Shown: positions 17,099 through 26,470 of the stretch, piece by piece
Numbering within the stretch: position 1 is the first letter of the stretch
Layout of the letters: each line of letters opens with the position of its first letter
IMG/VR virus record: IMGVR_UViG_3300025012_000095
Coordinates: 1 to 60,941 of that record
Source of the DNA: a virus
Lineage: Duplodnaviria; Caudoviricetes
Length of the DNA: 60,941 nt
Strand: one strand, 5' to 3'
Notes under the pieces: model-generated
Told to the model about the DNA's origin: nothing
Seen by the model: the letters and a program-made list of their open reading frames with translations, nothing else
Database searches by the model: none
Position numbers and translations under genes: made by a program

Positions 17099-18019
17099 AT
17101 GGGCGTCAAGTCTGGGCAGGTATGGACGGGCGTCTTTCCGTGCCGGGATGCGACGGGGGCATTGGCGACACCTTCCGTTGGGCCGGTTGGCTCGCTATAT
17201 GTAGCCGGTGCCGCGAATGGCGCATCGGTGACGATTGGTGGATCAAACCCCTACACATTCTCGGTCACGCTCCCTGTGTTGACTGCTGGCCAAACGGTGA
17301 GCCTCTACGTCACGGCCACGATTGCGGGTATCGCGACGGCATCGGTCATAGCGGAGGAGGTGGCAGACACCTATATCGCCAGTGATGTCTACAGCCGCTT
17401 GACCGGTACGGTGGAGCCGCTGGTAGCGGCGCAGGCGATCCGCGATACGCTGAAGCTGGCACCGACCGCCGGCACTGCGGCCGAGGGGTCGATTGACGAC
17501 CAGCTGGCCGACATCGAGGCGCAGACGGATGACATCGGCGCGGCGGGCGCGGGCCTGACGGCGCTTGGCGATACGCGGCTGGCGAATCTCGATGTGACGG
17601 TGAGCAGTCGCTCGGTCTACGCGGGGGCCGACACGGTTGGCACGACCACGTTGCTCTCCCGGCTTAGCGCGACACGGGCCGGCTATCTCGACAACCTGTC
17701 CGCGGGAGCCGTGGCGCTGGAGGCCACGCTATCCACCCTGGTCGCGAGCATTTGGACGGGCATCACAGGGACGGCCGCGAATCTGATTGCGGATCACGTT
17801 CTGCGGCGCACGACGGCCAATGTCGAGGCTTCTGCGAACGGTGACCTTCTGTCGGCGCGGTCGCTGTATGGGGCAGTGGCGCGGCTGGTGCACAAGGTGA
17901 GCGTGAGCGGGTCCACCATGACGTCTTACCGGGCAGACGACAGCACTTCGCTTACGACAGCGGCGCTAACCACAGATTCTTCCGCGGCCCCGACCATCGG
18001 AATCGACCCCGCCGCATGA
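17099..18019 (+). CDS. Putative fibre-like structural protein
   Basis: Ala/Thr-rich; RLANLDVTVSSR / RAGYLDNL repeats. Confidence 0.6.
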   Translation: MGVKSGQVWTGVFPCRDATGALATPSVGPVGSLYVAGAANGASVTIGGSNPYTFSVTLPVLTAGQTVSLYVTATIAGIATASVIAEEVADTYIASDVYSRLTGTVEPLVAAQAIRDTLKLAPTAGTAAEGSIDDQLADIEAQTDDIGAAGAGLTALGDTRLANLDVTVSSRSVYAGADTVGTTTLLSRLSATRAGYLDNLSAGAVALEATLSTLVASIWTGITGTAANLIADHVLRRTTANVEASANGDLLSARSLYGAVARLVHKVSVSGSTMTSYRADDSTSLTTAALTTDSSAAPTIGIDPAA

Positions 18020-18816
18020 CCCATCTCGTGGCGTGTACTCAGTGTGCCGAGCCCTTCGAGCGGTCCCCGGAGTTCTTCGCTGTTGACAAGAGGCGAAGTG
18101 ACGGCTTGGGATCGTGGTGCAGGGCGTGCCGTCGGGCCAAGTGCGCCGAATTCACTCGCGGCTACAGGAGCCGAATGGCACCTGGCGAGTTGAGGGCGCA
18201 GGACAGGCGTCGCGTGGAGTCCTATGCCGATCTTGAGCCCCCGGCCGAGAAGCGGTGCCCCGCGTGTGCGGAGACAAAGGCGGTTGGTGAGTTTGGGGTA
18301 GATCGGAAAAGGAAGGACCGGCTAACGGCCTATTGTCGCCCATGCACGGCGGCGAAGAGCCATGCAAGCTACATGAGGCATCGGGAAGCCAGGCTCGAGC
18401 AGTCCAAGGCCTACCGGTCTGGGGTGAGGCCAGCGCGGCAAGCGCGAGCAAGGGAGTATTACAAGGAGAACAAGGCGGAGATAGACGCAAAGCACCGTGA
18501 GTATTACCGCGATGACGCCAACCGCGACGCCTTTCGGGACAGGGTGGCTCGGCGGCGCGTTCGCCAGGCCGGCGCCCCTGCCGAGAAGATCGATCGTGTG
18601 GGCGTTTACGATCGCGACGGCGGCCGGTGCCATATCTGCGGGCGTCGTTGCCGAAGGGACTCATGGCACATGGACCATATCGTTCCAGTGGCCGCCGGCG
18701 GGGCACATGTCTACGAGAACGTGGCCGTCTCTTGTCCGACGTGCAATCGCGCCAAGGCGCACACGGGGCCGGGACAAATGCTGCTGCCAGTGGTTGCGCG
18801 CATGGTTGCCACATGA
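18016..18816 (+). CDS. HNH endonuclease with Zn-ribbon repeats
   Basis: RDGGRCHICG..HMDHIVP..GGAH..ENVAVSCPTCNRAK. Confidence 0.9.
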   Translation: MTHLVACTQCAEPFERSPEFFAVDKRRSDGLGSWCRACRRAKCAEFTRGYRSRMAPGELRAQDRRRVESYADLEPPAEKRCPACAETKAVGEFGVDRKRKDRLTAYCRPCTAAKSHASYMRHREARLEQSKAYRSGVRPARQARAREYYKENKAEIDAKHREYYRDDANRDAFRDRVARRRVRQAGAPAEKIDRVGVYDRDGGRCHICGRRCRRDSWHMDHIVPVAAGGAHVYENVAVSCPTCNRAKAHTGPGQMLLPVVARMVAT

Positions 18817-19001
18817 GCGGTTGGCGCGGCTTGCTGGAGTGGCTGGGTATCTTCTGGCCAGGTGTGCCAGTTAGGGCTTGCGTCACGCTGGCTGACGCGG
18901 CGGTTACCGCCGTGGCCTTGGCTGACTCTGCGACTACGGCAGTGACGCTGGCCGACTCAGCGTTGGCAACGGTCGCGTTGTCCGACGCTCGATGTGGATA
19001 G
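18813..19001 (+). CDS. Small protein with 10-aa repeats
   Basis: (T/A)V(T/A)LAD(S/A)A-like unit repeated about four times. Confidence 0.55.
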   Translation: MSGWRGLLEWLGIFWPGVPVRACVTLADAAVTAVALADSATTAVTLADSALATVALSDARCG

Positions 19002-19010
19002 GGGGACTGA

Positions 19011-19316
19011 ATGGCCCACGGCGGGGATTATCTCGAGGGCTCAACGGTTCGTGTCCAAGTGACGTTCGTGGTCGGAGGGGTGAACACCGATCCGACTACG
19101 GTCACGCTCAAGGTCAAGAGTCCGGCGGGCGTGACGACGACCTACACCTATGCGTTGAGCCAGGTGTCGAAGTCGGCGACCGGGGTCTACTCCAAGGATC
19201 TGGGGCCGTCTATCATTGACGCGCCGGGGGCATGGTGGTACAGGTGGATCGGAACTGGCACCGCTGCGGGAGTCGCCGAAACATCGATCACGATCCTCGC
19301 GAGCCAGATAGACTGA
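19011..19316 (+). CDS. Small Ig-like / baseplate-associated virion protein
   Basis: TDPTTVTLKVKSP..TGVY..PGAWWYRWIGTG. Confidence 0.6.
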   Translation: MAHGGDYLEGSTVRVQVTFVVGGVNTDPTTVTLKVKSPAGVTTTYTYALSQVSKSATGVYSKDLGPSIIDAPGAWWYRWIGTGTAAGVAETSITILASQID

Positions 19317-19345
19317 GGCTATATGATCACGGAAAGGGAGCAAAA

Positions 19346-21199
19346 ATGACCGTAGCGGCGAATCCCTGGACAAGCCTAGCCGCATGGTGCCAGGGCGATG
19401 CGTTGGCCACTTCGGCTGTAAAGACTGACGATGAGTTGTGGGAGTGGGTGGCCGACACCCTCGGTGTTGTTATCCCGCGAAAAGCTTGTTTTGACGGGCA
19501 CACGGCCCCATTCGATGCGTTTGCGGAAGCGTTCTTTGCGAAAACCCCGATCTCGGTGTGGATTGGATCTAGAGGATTCTCGGGGAAGTCGTATCTGCTG
19601 GCAGTGTTGGGGATAACGGAGGCGCTGCTACTTGGGGCGGATGTGAGAATCTTGGGAGGGTCCACGGACCAGTCGGAGAACGTAGTTCGGTACACGGAAT
19701 CCTTTATGGGCCGCCCGAAGTTCCCCCCCGGCATGATTCTGTCTGGGAGGCAGCCAGGAGTAACCAAGACTCGAATCAGTCTTGTAAACGGAGGGGGGAT
19801 GATAGCTCTTCCTGCGTCCATGACCGCTGTTAGAGGTCCCCACCCGTCTCGTCTTAGGGTGGACGAGTGCTTTATCGCCGGCACACGAGTTGCCGTGCCA
19901 GAAGGGGTGAAAGTAATCGAGAGCTTTGCCCCTGGCGACAGGGTTCTTTCTTGGAAGGACGGGAAGATAGTTGAGGGGGAGGTTCTTCGTACCTGGGATC
20001 GGGGGAGACGTGAGACTATCAAGTTGACGGTGCGGACGGGCAGCAACTTGGTTTGCACGCCCGAGCACAAGATCCTTGATGGTGTCGAGGACAAGTGGGT
20101 ACAGGCTTCCATCTCAACCTTTGTCCGTACAGCGTCGTTCGTTGAAAAGTGGGAGACGGGGGTAGGGAAGATCGTTGATCGTGTGGCTTTTGGGAGAAGC
20201 CGTGTTTATGACATTGCTACAACTCACGGTAACTACATAGTAGAGGGTGTGATAGTTCACAACTGCGACGAGTTGGACTGGAAGGTGCTTCAGGCTGCGC
20301 TGGGGCAGACGATGGCTGCTGGGGCGGTCCAAGCCCAGACGGTGGTGTCAAGCACTCACCACCACGCTGACGGGACCATGACGCAGGTGCTCAAATTGGC
20401 TGAGGAGCGGGGGTGGGCCACCCACAGGTGGTGTTTCAATTGTACGTCAAAGACGGTTGAGAACCCGACTGGCTGGCTGGCCCCCTCTGAGGTTGCCCGC
20501 AAGCGGCAAGAGGTTCCGGCCGCAATGTTTGAAGTTGAGTATAATCTCTCTGAGCCCAGCCCTGAATCCCGAGCAATCATGCCACAATCCGTCGAGGATA
20601 TGTTTCAGGAGGGGTTGGGTCGTTTTGACGGCAAGCCGGGGGAGTATATAGAGATTGAGGCTCCCGTCCAGGGGGCGCGGTACTCTACGGGGGCAGACTG
20701 GGCCAAGGACGTTAACTGGACAGACATTGTAACGCTCCGGTACGACGTGACCCCGGTTAAGGTGGTGGCCTGGGAACGGCGGGGGCGCGAGCCCTACCCC
20801 ATAATGGCGGGATGCTTAGACAAGCGAGCTACCCGATACCCTGGGAGGGTGTTTCACGACCAAACCGGTGTTGGCAACGGGCTTCACGACTTTTTGAATT
20901 GCAACGCTACCGGTGTGGTGTTGGTGGGGAGGAGGAGAACCGACCTGCTTTCTAGCTACATCACCGCTATAGAGGGAGGGCGGATAGTCGCCCCTCGGAT
21001 TGCACATGTTCACGGTGAGCATCGTTATTGCGCGAGTGACGACCTTTGGGGGGATGGGCATCTCCCCGACTCAGTGTGTTCACACGCATTGGCGTGGTCA
21101 GGAGTAAGTCAGGGCGGGCTAGGTCAACCTGATACTGGCCCCGAGTACAACTTGCTAGATCACACCGAGCTTGGCGGTTGGGATCGACTAGAGCTTTAG
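19346..21199 (+). CDS. terL: Terminase large subunit containing a mini-intein
   Basis: GSRGFSGKS Walker A, RGPHPSRLRVDE Walker B, GADWAK and DQTGVG nuclease motifs, HLPDSVCS. Confidence 0.9.
   Translation: MTVAANPWTSLAAWCQGDALATSAVKTDDELWEWVADTLGVVIPRKACFDGHTAPFDAFAEAFFAKTPISVWIGSRGFSGKSYLLAVLGITEALLLGADVRILGGSTDQSENVVRYTESFMGRPKFPPGMILSGRQPGVTKTRISLVNGGGMIALPASMTAVRGPHPSRLRVDECFIAGTRVAVPEGVKVIESFAPGDRVLSWKDGKIVEGEVLRTWDRGRRETIKLTVRTGSNLVCTPEHKILDGVEDKWVQASISTFVRTASFVEKWETGVGKIVDRVAFGRSRVYDIATTHGNYIVEGVIVHNCDELDWKVLQAALGQTMAAGAVQAQTVVSSTHHHADGTMTQVLKLAEERGWATHRWCFNCTSKTVENPTGWLAPSEVARKRQEVPAAMFEVEYNLSEPSPESRAIMPQSVEDMFQEGLGRFDGKPGEYIEIEAPVQGARYSTGADWAKDVNWTDIVTLRYDVTPVKVVAWERRGREPYPIMAGCLDKRATRYPGRVFHDQTGVGNGLHDFLNCNATGVVLVGRRRTDLLSSYITAIEGGRIVAPRIAHVHGEHRYCASDDLWGDGHLPDSVCSHALAWSGVSQGGLGQPDTGPEYNLLDHTELGGWDRLEL
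19868..20263 (+). mobile_element. Mini-intein (132 aa, no homing endonuclease)
   Basis: Begins CFIAGTRV, block B CTPEHK, ends VYDI..NYIVEGVIVHN followed by a Cys +1 residue. Confidence 0.92.
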
Positions 21200-21202
21200 G
21201 AG

Positions 21203-23365
21203 GTGAATATGGCTGTCTGGGAAATGCAACAGGCAACACAGCGGGCGGAACAAGCGCTTGCAAAGGTGCGGGTTTCGCGGCAACAGGCAGCTGGCACCAC
21301 AAAAGAGAAGGGGACTTCGGGGCGTTCTACCTGGCGAGGAGAACGCATCTTCGACGAGTTGGACGATCCTAACGCTTTGTGGCTTCCCCCGACCCGTTGG
21401 GAGACCGTTAGGGAGATGCTGATTGACCCTGACGTTTGCGCCTCTCTGGATGCAACGGTGTTGCCCTTGCTTGGCCGAAAACTGATCGTGCAGCCCGGTG
21501 CTCCCACTGCACTGGGAAAGGATGTGGCGGCGTTCGTCGAGAACGACCTCAAACACATGTCTGCGGAGTGGCAGGATATTCGGGGTGCTGCCCTGCTGGG
21601 CATGTTGGCAGAGGGGGTTGCGCCTTTTCACACGGTCTACTCGTTCTCGGGGGACACAAAGCGCTATCACTTGCGAAAGTTGGCTTATCGGCCCCCGTCA
21701 TCCATTAGCATTTGGCACGAGGACGAGCATGGGGGGCCGGATGGGCTAACCCAGGTAGTAACGAATGAGCACGGGTTATCGGAGGAAGTCCATTTTGAGA
21801 TGGACGAACTCCTGCTATTCGTGCGGAACCAGACGCGGGCAGGGATCACCGGGGAGCCGATTACGCGCCGCATGTATGGTCCTTACAAGCTCAAGACGGT
21901 GTTGGCGAAGGTTGGTGGCGCTGCGGTTGAGCGGCACGGCATGGGTATACCGACGGTGCTCTACAAGGGGAACAATGAGGCCACTCATGCACGCATCCAG
22001 CGGATACTGATGGGGTTGCGGGCAGGAGCCAAGCAGTTTGCTCTTTGGACCGACCTGGAGTCTATGCAGGACTTCAAGATTGCTGGAGTTGAGGGGCAGA
22101 TTATAGACCCGTTGGGGCAACTGGAGTTCCACCGCCGAGCCATCTACTTTGCCACATTCACTCAATGGTTGCCACTGGGATCGGATGGGACGGGCGCTAG
22201 GGCACTGGGGGATTCCCACCTCGATGCGTTCCTGATGATGCTTGGGGCGCTTTCCGAGATGGAGGAGGCAACCTACAATCGGTATCTGATTCCCAAATGG
22301 GTGGGGTATAACTGGGGGGACGAGATTCCCGAAAGTGAGTTGCCAAAGGTTATAGCTCCTCGTATCGACTCGCGGAACGTCAAGGAGTGGATGGAAGCGT
22401 TGAACTCCGCGGTACTGGCGGGGGTCTCCTTTGACGAGCGAGTGGTCAAGGAAGCGGCATATCAACTGCTCGACCTGAGTTTGCCGGAGGAGACATCTAC
22501 AGTGTTGCCCCCGCAGACCTCGGGGGTTACTGAGGTACCACAAGACACTGAGGGAGAGCCGCCCGACGAGAGCGGAGATCTCCCCACCACTCAGGCGGCC
22601 CAGGGCGAACCGCTGAAGTCGGATCTCGTCCTTCAAGAGAGTGGGGTAATAGTCAACTTCGACTTGATGGAAGGAAAGATGGATGCGGCCGTGCGGCGAT
22701 TGTTGGAGAAACTGACGCGCCTTCAAGAAAAGCAGGCGCGTCGCGTTAGTTCCATAGTACGCAAGGCCATAAGCCGTGGGGATTACGCCATGCTGGAGAC
22801 ACTAGAAATCCCTTCTACCGAAGAAGCGAAGGCCCTGCGCGATGAAATGATTATCTTGGCGCTGATGGGGGTTACGCAAGTCGCAGAAGAGGTGCAGGTG
22901 CCAGATGCCCGCCCCAACGAACTTTTGCCGTCGCTGGATCTCGCCGTAGACACGATGGCTAACGAGGGAGCCAGGTCGTTAGCTGATCGTATGCGGACAG
23001 CGGCCGGGGCCGCTGCGTCACTGGCGCTGGTGGCGGGGGTAACGGGGGCGGGGGGTCAGATAGAAGGGATTATAACAGGGGCGAGCGCAAAGTTCCTCAG
23101 CGATTTGACGGAGCGCTTGGTCTCTGGGGCACTCCATCTAGGGCGGCGGGTTGTGACCGGGTATCTGGACTTGACGAAGGGGGATTTTCTCTACTCCGCG
23201 AGGATGGACCGGAATACCTGTAAAGGGTGTTGGGAGGAGGATGGCAACTCTTGGCCCGCGGGGTCATCCGAGGTGGTTTGGCCTCCGGCGGCTTGTTTGG
23301 GCGGCATGAAGTGTCGTTGTATTCTTATAGCCATGAATACAGGTGAAGTTGTGTGGCCAAAGTAG
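21203..23365 (+). CDS. Portal protein (DUF935 / Mu gp29-like) with a fused C-terminal MuF-like domain
   Basis: Follows TerL; ERHGMGIP and GARALGDSH motifs; C-terminal YSARMDRNTCKGC..CLGGMKCRC. Confidence 0.8.
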   Translation: MNMAVWEMQQATQRAEQALAKVRVSRQQAAGTTKEKGTSGRSTWRGERIFDELDDPNALWLPPTRWETVREMLIDPDVCASLDATVLPLLGRKLIVQPGAPTALGKDVAAFVENDLKHMSAEWQDIRGAALLGMLAEGVAPFHTVYSFSGDTKRYHLRKLAYRPPSSISIWHEDEHGGPDGLTQVVTNEHGLSEEVHFEMDELLLFVRNQTRAGITGEPITRRMYGPYKLKTVLAKVGGAAVERHGMGIPTVLYKGNNEATHARIQRILMGLRAGAKQFALWTDLESMQDFKIAGVEGQIIDPLGQLEFHRRAIYFATFTQWLPLGSDGTGARALGDSHLDAFLMMLGALSEMEEATYNRYLIPKWVGYNWGDEIPESELPKVIAPRIDSRNVKEWMEALNSAVLAGVSFDERVVKEAAYQLLDLSLPEETSTVLPPQTSGVTEVPQDTEGEPPDESGDLPTTQAAQGEPLKSDLVLQESGVIVNFDLMEGKMDAAVRRLLEKLTRLQEKQARRVSSIVRKAISRGDYAMLETLEIPSTEEAKALRDEMIILALMGVTQVAEEVQVPDARPNELLPSLDLAVDTMANEGARSLADRMRTAAGAAASLALVAGVTGAGGQIEGIITGASAKFLSDLTERLVSGALHLGRRVVTGYLDLTKGDFLYSARMDRNTCKGCWEEDGNSWPAGSSEVVWPPAACLGGMKCRCILIAMNTGEVVWPK

Positions 23366-23375
23366 GAGGAGAAAG

Positions 23376-23805
23376 ATGAACCGGGATGCTGCGTGTGGTG
23401 CGTGGACGTTTGCAACGGCCGTGTTGGTTGTGGCAACAGTCTTTCGATTCGGTATATGGGAAGGGACGCTTGCGCTTGCCCTGTGTACTGCCTTGGGGAT
23501 AGTAGGGGCTGCGGTTTTGCCGGGGCGTATTCTAGCTCCCCGCGACGGCGGAGTAGAAGGAGAGTCCTCCGGCAAGTGGGCAATACTTAAGGGGGATCGT
23601 GGCAAGCCTTGACATCTCGGCGCTTGTTTTGGCCAAGGTGCAGCGAGGAGAGTTGCCCGTTGCCGAGGCGGATGCTTTTCTGGTCCAGCTTCGGCGGGCT
23701 AAGTTGCAGGAAGCCGAAGCGCTCGTTGAGCTTAGGCGAGCTAGGTTGAGTGAGGCTCACGCGCTAGCCTGTCTGCGTGAGGCGTTGACATCTGGCGAAA
23801 CATGA
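23376..23805 (+). other. Two small genes (23376-23612 membrane protein; 23599-23805)
   Basis: RBS; two hydrophobic segments in the first. Confidence 0.5.
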
Positions 23806-23813
23806 TGTAGGAT
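23785..23813 (+). promoter_or_regulatory. Sigma70-type promoter for the head operon
   Basis: TTGACA-17 nt-TAGGAT. Confidence 0.7.
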
Positions 23814-23922
23814 AACCACAGAAGTCGCGCGAAGAGCGCTCCTTTTGTGAACTTGGTCCGCCGAAAGGCTCGCCGTACTCGGTGGGCCCTTCTCTTTGTA
23901 AGAAACGATACCAGGGAGCAGC

Positions 23923-25680
23923 ATGGGCGCAAGCATCAAGGGCGTAGAGATTCTGAGGGTTGGAACCTGGAAGGGCTATCGAGGTGAGATAGAGGTCGCC
24001 CAGGAAGACCTGGAGGAATACGTCGCTGCTTATGACGCCGCCACTGCTGCCGGGATGAAGGCAGTAAAGGTGTCGGTGGGGAGTAAGGTGGAAAACGTTC
24101 CGCTGAACCGCACGACACTAGGGCACAACGAGTTGGATCGTAGGGGGCTGACCATCCGCGAGGCTCCCATGATTGGAGTGCTCGGCAATCTGCGGGTGAA
24201 GGGCGAAGCATTACTGGCAGACATTCTCGACGTGCCGGAGAGACTGGCGAAGGTGATCGAGAAGGCATATCCCGACCGGAGCTTTGAGGGCATCACGGTC
24301 AAGAGCGGGAGTGGTATCCAGATCGGTAAGCGGACATTCAAGCGCATGGTCACCGGGCTGGCGCTGTTGGGAGAGTCTCTGCCAGCCGTGACAACGCTGG
24401 CGGATTTGCCAAAGGTGCTGGCTGCGGAGGTTGAGGGCGAGTGGATTCTGTTTGCTGAACCGATCCCCGACCCGGTGTCGGAGGAAGACTATGTGACCGA
24501 GGATCTCCCCACGAGCCCGCTGGAGCGGGGGTATGAGTTCATCAATCAGGCAATCCGCAAGGCCGCTCAGGCGATGTGGAAGATCAAGCCCGATGCGATG
24601 GACGGGCCATACGTGACCGACATCTTTGATGCCGAAGCGATCATGTGCTACCAGAACGCTTTGTGGTCAGTGCCGTATACCGTCGATGAGCTGGGCGAGG
24701 CGACATTGGGTACGCCCGTGAAGGTTAGAGCCGAGTACGTTCCGGTTCAGGCTGCGAGGCAGTCGGATACGGGGCGGGAGTTGGAAGATATCTTAGACCA
24801 GTTGGACAGAATGGCCGCGCGCGTAGAAGTGTTGACGAAAGGCCGAAAGGGCAACCCTATTATCCGCGCTCGGTTTCGCGCTCTGAAGGAGCGGATTGCG
24901 GGCACGGTCAGACTCACCACGAAGGAGAAGACAATGGATGTGGCGGAAATCCGCTCACTGTTGAAGCTCGATGAGAATGCCAGCACTCCGATGGTAGTGC
25001 GGGCGCTCGTTGAGGCTGCGAAGGTCGCTCCACAGGAGGGCGAGGCCCATCTGCTTGCGGCCGTGGTCGATCTAGCCGAGGGAATGGTGTTTGACAACGT
25101 GGAGCAGTTTGTAGCGTGGCTTGCGGGGAAGCTCGATGTCTCCCCTGGCGATCTGGCTGCGATTGCCTCTGCGGTTGCGGAAGCGATGGGGTTTGATAGC
25201 ACCCCGACCGACGCTCCCGCACCTGACGCAGCTCCCCCGCCTGCCGGTGATATGCCGGCAGCCAGCGAACCGCAAGGAGAAGGCAAGATGGACGTGACAG
25301 CACTCCAGGCCGCGCTAGGGGAGCAGAGCGCCAAGGTAACAGAGCTGCTGACCTGGCGTGCGACACAGGAAGGGCAGCAGGCAAAGCTCCAGGCCGCGGC
25401 CGAGGTGGACCGGCACATTGCGGCTGGGAAGTTCCTACCGGCTCAGCGTGAAACTCTCGTTACGCTGGCAAACCATGACCTCCAGGCTTTTTCGCAGTTG
25501 GCTTCTGGCCAGCCTGTCGTGAAGCGGCTGGGGCAGCGTGGTTCCAGTGCAGAGCAACCAATTAGTGTGGCCGAGACCGACGTCCAGGCGATGGTGTCGA
25601 TGGGGTATTCTCGCGAGGATGCCCTGAAGGCTCTTGAGCTCGTGGCGAAGGAAGACGGCCGCCTCGAAGAGGAGGACTGA
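23923..25680 (+). CDS. Mu-like prohead protease/scaffold protein
   Basis: VEILRVGTW, YPDRSFE, GLALLGESLPAV; C-terminal AGKFLPAQRE scaffold. Confidence 0.75.
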   Translation: MGASIKGVEILRVGTWKGYRGEIEVAQEDLEEYVAAYDAATAAGMKAVKVSVGSKVENVPLNRTTLGHNELDRRGLTIREAPMIGVLGNLRVKGEALLADILDVPERLAKVIEKAYPDRSFEGITVKSGSGIQIGKRTFKRMVTGLALLGESLPAVTTLADLPKVLAAEVEGEWILFAEPIPDPVSEEDYVTEDLPTSPLERGYEFINQAIRKAAQAMWKIKPDAMDGPYVTDIFDAEAIMCYQNALWSVPYTVDELGEATLGTPVKVRAEYVPVQAARQSDTGRELEDILDQLDRMAARVEVLTKGRKGNPIIRARFRALKERIAGTVRLTTKEKTMDVAEIRSLLKLDENASTPMVVRALVEAAKVAPQEGEAHLLAAVVDLAEGMVFDNVEQFVAWLAGKLDVSPGDLAAIASAVAEAMGFDSTPTDAPAPDAAPPPAGDMPAASEPQGEGKMDVTALQAALGEQSAKVTELLTWRATQEGQQAKLQAAAEVDRHIAAGKFLPAQRETLVTLANHDLQAFSQLASGQPVVKRLGQRGSSAEQPISVAETDVQAMVSMGYSREDALKALELVAKEDGRLEEED

Positions 25681-26006
25681 TGGCACCCGAACTAACCGCT
25701 GCCGATCTCTCGGCGGCTATTGTAGAGGCTCAGCGGCTTGCCGCTATGTATCCGCTCGGCATCCCCACGAAAGGACCGACGGCGCGAATGAAGTTGTGCG
25801 CCGAGTTGATCTTGAAGGGAAAAGCCGTGGATGTTGCGATGAGGAAGGCTGGGTACGGTAGAAAGTTCATCGCAGGAAACGCCGACAAGTTTGTCGATCT
25901 ATTGGCCAGCGAGGGGTTGCTAAAGCCAAAGGAAGCAGCCGCCGCAGTGGGTGACCAGGCTGCCGCCAAGGCTTTGAAGCCCGCCAAGAAGGAGGTAGGG
26001 GCATGA
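25680..26006 (+). CDS. Hypothetical head-region protein
   Basis: Coupled ORF. Confidence 0.6.
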   Translation: MAPELTAADLSAAIVEAQRLAAMYPLGIPTKGPTARMKLCAELILKGKAVDVAMRKAGYGRKFIAGNADKFVDLLASEGLLKPKEAAAAVGDQAAAKALKPAKKEVGA

Positions 26007-26455
26007 CCGCCAAAACCGCCACGACCGCAGGGCCGCGTCAGACAAAGGGAGACCAGAACGCGGTCTACACCGAGTACCCCGTAGAGGCAGGCGAGATTAT
26101 CTATGAGGGTGGGCTGGTGATGATTGACGCCGACGGCTACGCTCTTCCGGCGGCCGACACGGCCGCTCAGTTTGTCGTTGGGTGGGCCGACGAGACCGTG
26201 ATTGCCACGGGACTCGCAGATGGGGCATTGAACGTGAGAGTGGTGTCGAACATTGCTTGTCGAATGGCAGCATCCAGCATTACGCGGGCGATGATTAACA
26301 CCAACCCTCTGATGTACGTGATTGATGACAATACGGTGGATGAGACTCAGCCGGGGCAGAGCTTGAAGGCCGGGATCCTGGTGCATCCGTATATTTCCAC
26401 GGCCGAGGGCTGGGTCTTCATTCCGGCTTACGGCGTGCGCCTCTACGCACTGTAA
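26003..26455 (+). CDS. Capsid decoration/cement protein
   Basis: IYEGGLVMIDADGYALPAADTA..VGWA; lies just before the MCP. Confidence 0.7.
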   Translation: MTAKTATTAGPRQTKGDQNAVYTEYPVEAGEIIYEGGLVMIDADGYALPAADTAAQFVVGWADETVIATGLADGALNVRVVSNIACRMAASSITRAMINTNPLMYVIDDNTVDETQPGQSLKAGILVHPYISTAEGWVFIPAYGVRLYAL

Positions 26456-26470
26456 AGGAGAGGAAACACA

